Below, piece by piece: positions 35,789 to 42,032 of a DNA stretch of 64,000 nt. The first letter of the stretch is position 1; each line of letters opens with the position of its first letter. Source of the stretch: a virus (taxonomy: Duplodnaviria; Caudoviricetes); the IMG/VR virus record IMGVR_UViG_3300042997_002652, positions 128,001 to 192,000 of that record. The stretch is one strand, 5' to 3'. The notes beneath the pieces are model-generated. The model was not told the origin of the DNA, ran no database searches, and saw only the letters and a list, made by a program, of their open reading frames with translations. A program made the translations under genes and the position numbers.

Positions 35789-37070
35789 AAATCGCAAAAT
35801 TGCCAAAGGGCGGGTTCGGATTAGGATCACCGTGAATGATCCATAGTGTATCACAGTATTCAGCATCACCCCATGAACCAAAAGGATAGCCATCTGTGAA
35901 TACAATCAGTTTGTTGGGCACTCTGTTTTCTTCTTTAAGATGTTTAAAGATACAAGTAAAGTCAGTACCGCCGCCACCTTTAAGTTGGTAATCTTCAACA
36001 GTGTCCATGTTTTCAGAAGTAAATTCCTGAGTGTTATATACTTCAGTATCAAAGCATGATACATGAACACGATAGCCATCAAACATATCCATCATGCCCA
36101 TTACTTCTGACAAAAATGCCATGCCCTGCTTGTTAGAAATAGATCCGGACAAGTCAATGTAGATATCTACGTCAATTTCTTCACCGGGGTTAGTACCTGG
36201 CATAATAGCATCCATGTGCCATGATCTACGCGACGGACGCATCCAAGTGTAATCACTTTTGATAGCAGAAGTTAATGCAGTCTGAATCAGTTCTCGCCAG
36301 TTCATTACCGGGTCAGTAAGTTCTTTTACCAAACGCTCTACACCTGCAGGAAGTTCGCCGGAGCCTGCTTGTTGTGCTGCATTGAGAATAGCGTCTCTAA
36401 TATCTTTACGCATTTGTTCACGTTCGGCTTCAGACATGGTTGGACGTTTGCCTTTGCCTTCTTTATCATCACCTTCACCTTCGCCGTCACCGTCTCCATC
36501 CAAGTGATCGTCAATCATTTTGTCAATCAACTTGTCAAGGTCAAGTTTTTGAATGTTTTTCATCAGATCATCATAAATCTTTTCGCTAGACCAACCTTCA
36601 TACTTGGGTTCATACAAGCAATCTACTGTAGTGATAAACTCGCCCACTTTGTGCTTTTTGAGGTCAGCGTTTACGCAGTAGTCATTTGCAATATTGAATA
36701 GTTGAGGATCACGATTACCACGACGGCCCATGTGATCATAAACTACGTGTAGTACTTCATGTGCAACTAAAAATATAACTTCTTTAGGCTTTAGCATCAT
36801 GATAAAACGAGAGTTGTAGTAAAACTTGAAGCCGTCAGTAGCAGCAGTTGAGCACCAATCGTCAGCATTGATAAGTTGCAAGCGAGTTGCGAGATTACCA
36901 AAAAATGAATGCTTGAGCAAAAGAGACACACGAGAACTAATCAACCGATCACGAGCAAGTACATCAATTTTGGGATCAGTTGGACCTACAAGTTTTTCAA
37001 GTTTAGCTGAACGCTTTTTCTTACCCTTAGTACCGGGGAGTGTATCAGACATATAGATTGGGTAATTCAT
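35757..37070 (-). CDS. DUF2201-type metallopeptidase-like domain plus vWA domain protein
   Basis: HEVLH (HExxH), NIANDYCVN, DLSGS (MIDAS), GGGTDF, FTDG. Confidence 0.85.
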   Translation of the reverse strand: MNYPIYMSDTLPGTKGKKKRSAKLEKLVGPTDPKIDVLARDRLISSRVSLLLKHSFFGNLATRLQLINADDWCSTAATDGFKFYYNSRFIMMLKPKEVIFLVAHEVLHVVYDHMGRRGNRDPQLFNIANDYCVNADLKKHKVGEFITTVDCLYEPKYEGWSSEKIYDDLMKNIQKLDLDKLIDKMIDDHLDGDGDGEGEGDDKEGKGKRPTMSEAEREQMRKDIRDAILNAAQQAGSGELPAGVERLVKELTDPVMNWRELIQTALTSAIKSDYTWMRPSRRSWHMDAIMPGTNPGEEIDVDIYIDLSGSISNKQGMAFLSEVMGMMDMFDGYRVHVSCFDTEVYNTQEFTSENMDTVEDYQLKGGGGTDFTCIFKHLKEENRVPNKLIVFTDGYPFGSWGDAEYCDTLWIIHGDPNPNPPFGNFAIYDDHRISQAA

Positions 37071-37144
37071 AATTTATACCTGTATTTTTGATTTACGATA
37101 ATGCTATTATATATTACTTTGCTTACTATTGTCAAGTAAAAAGA

Positions 37145-37162
37145 AGGGGAGTTTCCTCCCCT
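37145..37162 (-). terminator. intrinsic terminator after MoxR
   Basis: AGGGGAG-TTTC-CTCCCCT with flanking A-run. Confidence 0.6.
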
Positions 37163-37185
37163 AAAGCGTACCACCACAGTAAACC

Positions 37186-38280
37186 TTAATCATCAGCGTT
37201 GATGATATACTTACCATACTTCTTGTGAAACTCGTCAAAGTTTTTCAACTGTGAGGGTTCAATTGGAAGTTTGAAAGTTTTCAAAGCAACTTTAGCACCC
37301 ATTACAACCAACTCAGTTTCAAAGTTATTCATCATGTAGTCAAAGAAATACTGAGCCATGTTGTGAAACTTTTTGCTATCAACTTTGTTTTCATGTGCTT
37401 CTTTCAGTTCGTAGCACATTGCTGTTGTCAGCGAGTACATAGCTGAGATTTCTTTTATAGCAAGATCAGTTACCTTACCATTAAGAATATCTGCCGGGTT
37501 AGGCATACGCGCAGCTACTTTGCGGTGAGCCATAAACTTAATAGCAAGACCCTCACCCACAGAACCCGCAATCAAGTGTTCTAGTGTGTCGGTGTCAGTG
37601 TCATTATCATCAAGCAACTGGCTTACAAACACCCATGAACGCGGGGTAGCAAATGCTCGTGAAGAAGACTTAGCGTTAAAGTCATACATGTCATTTTTTG
37701 CAAATGACAAGTAACCAACTACGTCTTTGTGAATGCCTTTGTTAACAGCCCAGTTCTGCCAAGCGTTAAAGTCGGGGCGCATTTCAAGGTGAATGAAACG
37801 ATTAGCAAGCGGCATGGGCATACGATAAGTAACACCTTTGTCACTGTCGCGGTTACCTGCTGCTACGATTACTACGTTATCAGGCAAACGATACTTACCT
37901 ACTCTGCGGTTAAGAATCAACTGATAACCAGCTGCCTGCACTGCGGGAGGAGCCGAGTTCATTTCGTCAAGAAAGAGTACGATCAGAGGATACTGACTAG
38001 CAAGTTCTTGATCAGGAAGATCAATTGGTTCAGCCCAATCCATCTTATTAAGGTCTTTGTTGAAGAATGGAATACCGCGAATGTCAGTAGGTTCCATTTG
38101 AGCCATACGAAGGTCAATCATCAAGCCGCCCATTTCTTCAGTAATGTCAGCTACTACTTCCGACTTACCGACGCCGGGCGGGCCCCATATAAAAACAGGG
38201 CGTTTTACTTTGAATGCTTTGAGAAGTGCTCGGCGAAGCTGTACTGAAGTTACTGTCAAGCTGTCTGTGGTGCGAGTCAT
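37186..38280 (-). CDS. MoxR-like AAA+ ATPase
   Basis: GPPGVGKS, LFLDE, AAGNR, LANRF, TPRSW. Confidence 0.9.
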   Translation of the reverse strand: MTRTTDSLTVTSVQLRRALLKAFKVKRPVFIWGPPGVGKSEVVADITEEMGGLMIDLRMAQMEPTDIRGIPFFNKDLNKMDWAEPIDLPDQELASQYPLIVLFLDEMNSAPPAVQAAGYQLILNRRVGKYRLPDNVVIVAAGNRDSDKGVTYRMPMPLANRFIHLEMRPDFNAWQNWAVNKGIHKDVVGYLSFAKNDMYDFNAKSSSRAFATPRSWVFVSQLLDDNDTDTDTLEHLIAGSVGEGLAIKFMAHRKVAARMPNPADILNGKVTDLAIKEISAMYSLTTAMCYELKEAHENKVDSKKFHNMAQYFFDYMMNNFETELVVMGAKVALKTFKLPIEPSQLKNFDEFHKKYGKYIINADD

Positions 38281-38329
38281 AAATGCTCCTAATTGTTATA
38301 TTACAAAATAAAGTATTGCGAGAAGTTAT

Positions 38330-38358
38330 AGTTTACGAAAGTAACTAACTAATGTCAA
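38330..38358 (-). promoter_or_regulatory. sigma70-type promoter for MoxR
   Basis: TTGACA-17-TAAACT. Confidence 0.55.
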
Positions 38359-38398
38359 CTACTTTCGCATTATTTGGGTAATCATTTAGACGATGTTG

Positions 38399-38674
38399 TT
38401 ATACAGCTTCCAACATGTTCATGGGAACACGCCAGTTACCTTGATTAGTTTTGACAGTAGCAAACTTGATTGCTACCTTAGTCAGTGTACCAACATAAAC
38501 ACCATGCCGATCTTTAAACGAAACAGTGTCACCTACAATTAAAGACCGCTTTACTTGAGTGCGCAGTTGGGCTCTAGCATAATTGATAGCTTGAGCAAGG
38601 TCGTTAATGTCATCATTAGTCAAATTACTATTGATAATTGCACTGCGAATTTCTTTTACTGAGTTCATTTTCAA
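38399..38674 (-). CDS. hypothetical protein, SH3-like C-terminus
   Basis: L.VGD.VSF...G...G...K......V....G.WRVP. Confidence 0.7.
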   Translation of the reverse strand: MKMNSVKEIRSAIINSNLTNDDINDLAQAINYARAQLRTQVKRSLIVGDTVSFKDRHGVYVGTLTKVAIKFATVKTNQGNWRVPMNMLEAV

Positions 38675-38701
38675 GCTCCTGTTTATTTACTGTATGATGT
38701 T

Positions 38702-38733
38702 AGTATAGCAGATTTGGGTAAGAAGTCAAGCCT
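38702..38733 (-). promoter_or_regulatory. Early promoter, family copy 7
   Basis: AGGC TTGACT TCTTACCCAAATCTGC TATACT. Confidence 0.85.
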
Positions 38734-38735
38734 TT

Positions 38736-39068
38736 TTATTCAGCTACGCGATAAATGATACCCTGATCAGTAACAGCTTTTACAATACTGTCTTGGGCCC
38801 AATTAGATTCCCATTCTTTGATCAGCTTGCGATCACGGGGTCGCGCATTGTGTACTTTTACGCGGGCCCACTTTTTGCAGTAAGTGATTGTAACTTCATC
38901 ACTTGCATAGATCATTTCAAGTACAAGCTTCATACGCTCAGCTTTAAGCTTGAGTTGATTAGAAAAACGTGAAGCATTGACGGCGCTTTTGAAAGCAGCA
39001 TCACGAGCAGCAAAGAAAGCATAACGACCTGCGCTTTTGTGTTCAGTTTCAAGCATTTGAATTGACAT
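38736..39068 (-). CDS. hypothetical protein
   Basis: 110 aa, GGAG SD. Confidence 0.75.
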   Translation of the reverse strand: MSIQMLETEHKSAGRYAFFAARDAAFKSAVNASRFSNQLKLKAERMKLVLEMIYASDEVTITYCKKWARVKVHNARPRDRKLIKEWESNWAQDSIVKAVTDQGIIYRVAE

Positions 39069-39102
39069 ATTACTTTAGCTCCTGTTTGTTGACTGTATGA
39101 TT

Positions 39103-39134
39103 AGTATAGCACAATTGGGCAGAATGTCAAGCCT
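39103..39134 (-). promoter_or_regulatory. Early promoter, family copy 8
   Basis: AGGC TTGACA TTCTGCCCAATTGTGC TATACT. Confidence 0.85.
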
Positions 39135-39170
39135 TTGGGTAGAAATAGTTTAAAATATTTTCTTTAATAA

Positions 39171-39197
39171 AATCAATAGGTTACTAAGTTGTTGATT
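39171..39197. promoter_or_regulatory. Inverted pair of IHF-consensus sites
   Basis: AATCAATAGGTTA c TAAGTTGTTGATT. Confidence 0.55.
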
Positions 39198-39455
39198 TTA
39201 TTGACAAAGTATAGCTAATAAGAGCATTTTGTCAGCATAATCAATAGCTTTGGCTAGCTCTTCCTTAGGTCTTTGAGCAATACCGGGAGATCGGTTGGTT
39301 CTAGCAACTACTTCAGCTTTGGATAATTCGGTTACTAAGTGATCTAGGTTCTTGATCATCTTTTTTAAGTCTGGGTTGTAGTTTAGCTCTTTCAGTCGTT
39401 TGGAAAGAGCATCTACAAGTTTTTGTGCTTCTACTGCGGTTGTAAATTCAGTCAT
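39198..39455 (-). CDS. hypothetical protein
   Basis: 85 aa, helical. Confidence 0.7.
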   Translation of the reverse strand: MTEFTTAVEAQKLVDALSKRLKELNYNPDLKKMIKNLDHLVTELSKAEVVARTNRSPGIAQRPKEELAKAIDYADKMLLLAILCQ

Positions 39456-39903
39456 TAGTATTCAAGCGCCTAATAATTTCTTCAGCCCAGTCTTTGGCGT
39501 GTAGTGTGTTCCACCATTCATACTCGGGTATGATAGCATTATATTCTGTGTTGTCAAGCCTTTCAAATACTTGATTAGTATCTTCAAATCTTCCTTCATC
39601 AATCGTGTCCATCCAAACTATAAAGTCAGCATTAAAATCTGTGCGTAACTGTTTAGTTGGACACACAAAGTCACAAATTACATAAGATCCATTTCTTTTG
39701 GCTTTGTCAGCTAATAGCTTCATCCTATTCATTTGTCTGTGTCTACCAATTGGGGTAAAGTCCCAATCGTTAAACTGTTCTCTTACTTGATCAGCGTTAA
39801 ACCATTCAACTTGATACTGTTTATCTTCTAATGCTTTCTTTAGAGCAGCAGCCAAAAATGTTTTTCCTGATCCCGGGAGTCCCATAATCAATATAGTTTT
39901 CAT
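39448..39903 (-). CDS. cysC: adenylyl-sulfate (APS) kinase-like P-loop protein
   Basis: GLPGSGKT, FNADQVR, DF...GR..Q, VICDFVCP, WMDT. Confidence 0.65.
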   Translation of the reverse strand: MKTILIMGLPGSGKTFLAAALKKALEDKQYQVEWFNADQVREQFNDWDFTPIGRHRQMNRMKLLADKAKRNGSYVICDFVCPTKQLRTDFNADFIVWMDTIDEGRFEDTNQVFERLDNTEYNAIIPEYEWWNTLHAKDWAEEIIRRLNTND

Positions 39904-39905
39904 GT

Positions 39906-40991
39906 TTACTTTCTTAGTAGTGGAGGAATGCCAGCGCGTGATACTTTAAATCCAAAAGCTTTAGCGTTCTTTCTAAGTGTATCAGGTTTTATATCCACTG
40001 TCAAGGCTGTTTTAAACCTTGGATCATTTTTTTCTTTTTCACTTGGAATGTAACCTGATGCAGACTCATTTGTTTCGGCTTTAGCTAATCTATCATAGTA
40101 GTTAGGAAATTCTTTTAAATGATCTAACGCGATTTCTTTAGCTACTTGTTTATTGGTAGTATGTTCTAACTCAACTCGTATTCCTTTGTTCAATTGTTGT
40201 ATTAGTTGGTTAACAGGTACTGAATGCTTTTTTGCTAGTTCGTGTACTGTTAATGTGGGTTTGTCTAACTGATCAGCTTCTTCTATACTAAGAGACTTAC
40301 TATGTAGTTTATCTCTTAATGAGTATAATGCAGTAATGCCACCTTGTGTTCTTAATGCTTTATATGACAAGTTTTCAGGTGAAAATTCTCCACCTTTGTC
40401 TAATCCTGCTTGCCGATAGCGTTTTACTAAAGATATCGCATCATTTACTTTATCTAAGTCTTTTGATTTAAGTGTTAATTCTATTAGCTTAGCCAACTTT
40501 TCAAATTTAGCTTTAGTTTCTTTATGATCTAGATTAGCTTTGCTTTTCTTAGGAAAGTGTATCCATTCGTTATTCAATACACTATATTCGCCTAATGACC
40601 GCACTGGTTTCTTTACATCTTGTACATATAATTCTACAGGAACACCATGAACAGTAATATCATGAGAATCGTTATACAATGTTTTTTTAGCAGTAAAAAG
40701 TTCTTGATAAACTTCATCATTGGATAGATTGCTAAAATCAACTAAAATGTGTAAATCTAAATCAGAATGCGGTGTATAGCTAAATGCTGCGTTAGACCCC
40801 GATATCGTAATATCATCTACATCTAATTGACTAACACCAAGTTCTTGTAAGAAATCTTTTGCTATTACTATTAGTTGTTCTCTAACTTCTGGATCTAATT
40901 GGTCATCGTTCCAAAGAGCAGGGTTAAGTTCATCGTGAAACTTAACTGCATCTGATAGACTGAAATCTGTTAATTCTGTTATTAATACCAT
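39906..40991 (-). CDS. Pol-beta-superfamily nucleotidyltransferase with C-terminal EH..../IALDH domain
   Basis: SGSNA...SDLDLH, ELYVQD; GIRVELEHT...AKEIALDHL...YY; start moved out of the terminator; TAAATA at 41002-40997. Confidence 0.75.
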   Translation of the reverse strand: MVLITELTDFSLSDAVKFHDELNPALWNDDQLDPEVREQLIVIAKDFLQELGVSQLDVDDITISGSNAAFSYTPHSDLDLHILVDFSNLSNDEVYQELFTAKKTLYNDSHDITVHGVPVELYVQDVKKPVRSLGEYSVLNNEWIHFPKKSKANLDHKETKAKFEKLAKLIELTLKSKDLDKVNDAISLVKRYRQAGLDKGGEFSPENLSYKALRTQGGITALYSLRDKLHSKSLSIEEADQLDKPTLTVHELAKKHSVPVNQLIQQLNKGIRVELEHTTNKQVAKEIALDHLKEFPNYYDRLAKAETNESASGYIPSEKEKNDPRFKTALTVDIKPDTLRKNAKAFGFKVSRAGIPPLLRK

Positions 40992-41010
40992 ACTACTATT
41001 TAGTATAGAT

Positions 41011-41036
41011 AAAAAGAAAGGGAGCATAAAGCTCCC
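41011..41036 (-). terminator. terminator closing the tmRNA transcript
   Basis: GGGAGC-TTTAT-GCTCCC followed by TTTCTTTTT. Confidence 0.75.
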
Positions 41037-41039
41037 CTC

Positions 41040-41372
41040 TTAGTTGTTTGATAACAAGGTAACCAGCCCCGTGAAGCTTACGCCGCTAGGCGAATATCTT
41101 CAAGTGCGAACTCATCGTTTGCGTTTACTTTTTTGCTTCTTTAACCGAGAAACTCCCAGTCCTTAAAGGTGTTCTGCGTTCACCTATTCTCCACATACCT
41201 TCAGTTGTTTGGCGAATCCAAATCATCCCCATCAAAAGAGTACTATAAAGAACTACCTAATCCCCTTTCAGTAATTTACCATCGCGGTCAACAGGCGGAA
41301 CGATGTAATACTCTTTTGGTGGAGATGCCGGGGTTCGAACCCGGGTACAAACTTCCTATCTCATGCTTCAAC
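41040..41372 (-). ncRNA. ssrA: circularly permuted (two-piece) tmRNA
   Basis: Acceptor piece (~41372-41317): AAGCATG..., T-arm CCGGG-TTCGAAC-CCCGG, CATCTCC-A-CCA. Intervening segment 41316-41231. Coding piece from GGGGATGATTTGGATTCG (41230), tag ANDEFALEDIRLAA* at 41122-41078. G3:U70 present. Outer ends approximate. Confidence 0.92.
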
Positions 41373-41529
41373 GAATTTCTTTTTTAGCAGCGTCATAAAA
41401 GCTGCTTGATGTTTTAGTATCAGCTTGTTTTATCAAGCATCTACCACAACAACTTCCAATTAGTTTTGCTAACTCAGGTTGTCTTTTGATATCTTGTTCT
41501 CTAATGTTATTACAGATACATAATATCAT
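41368..41529 (-). CDS. Bfd-like (bacterioferritin-associated ferredoxin) small protein (not in ORF track)
   Basis: MILCICNNIREQDI...GSCCGRCL, 53 aa, GGGAG SD, TAAATA at 41553-41548. Confidence 0.7.
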   Translation of the reverse strand: MILCICNNIREQDIKRQPELAKLIGSCCGRCLIKQADTKTSSSFYDAAKKEIR

Positions 41530-41546
41530 AAAACTCCCTTATTATT

Positions 41547-41702
41547 CTATTTAGCTGGTTGAGAAGCCTCTAGAACTTCGTTAGAAGCTTCTACCCAAGC
41601 TTTGATAGTTTCATTTTCACTGATCTTATTACTGAAATTATCTACTACCCACTTGCATGTGTCAATACTTTTGGAGTGATATCCAGGTAAGTTAACAATC
41701 AT
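41547..41702 (-). CDS. hypothetical protein, 51 aa (MIVNLPG...)
   Basis: TAATG coupling to the upstream ORF. Confidence 0.6.
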   Translation of the reverse strand: MIVNLPGYHSKSIDTCKWVVDNFSNKISENETIKAWVEASNEVLEASQPAK

Positions 41703-41854
41703 TACATGCTCGTAATTGCTACATTCATTGCAAACATCGAAACCGTTGCCACGCATAGAAATAAAACCATTTCTATTCGCTCAAGTGATACACTCTTTTT
41801 AAGTTTTCTTGTAGCCATTACATTGCCGTACTTGATTCTTCTTGTGAAAGACAT
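41702..41854 (-). CDS. 50-aa basic/hydrophobic membrane peptide (not in ORF track)
   Basis: MSFTRRIKYG...MVLFLCVATVSMFAMNVAITSM; AAGGA SD. Confidence 0.55.
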   Translation of the reverse strand: MSFTRRIKYGNVMATRKLKKSVSLERIEMVLFLCVATVSMFAMNVAITSM

Positions 41855-41895
41855 TTTTTTGTTCCTTTTCCTTTATGAGGTTATTTAAAATTGAA

Positions 41896-41959
41896 TTAGT
41901 TACAACACCATGCTGTAACTAACGAAAAGAGTAACTGTTACTCTTTCGCACACTATTTA
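41896..41959 (-). promoter_or_regulatory. TAAATA box followed by two inverted repeats
   Basis: TAAATA 41959-41954; AAAGAGTAAC-T-GTTACTCTTT 41926-41946; TTAGTTACA/TGTAACTAA 41896-41922. Confidence 0.45.
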
Positions 41960-42032
41960 TCAAAGTGATACGCATAGTAACAATATATTGTAGAAATAGC
42001 AAGACATTTTTAGGGTGAATTTACCCAAAATG

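Noticed and set aside
41317-41345. tRNA gene
   Set aside because: Only a T-arm and 3' acceptor strand, no anticodon arm; explained by the tmRNA acceptor piece. No true tRNA was seen in the window.
41169-41387. 72-aa plus-strand ORF
   Set aside because: Antisense to the tmRNA, no SD or recognisable motif.
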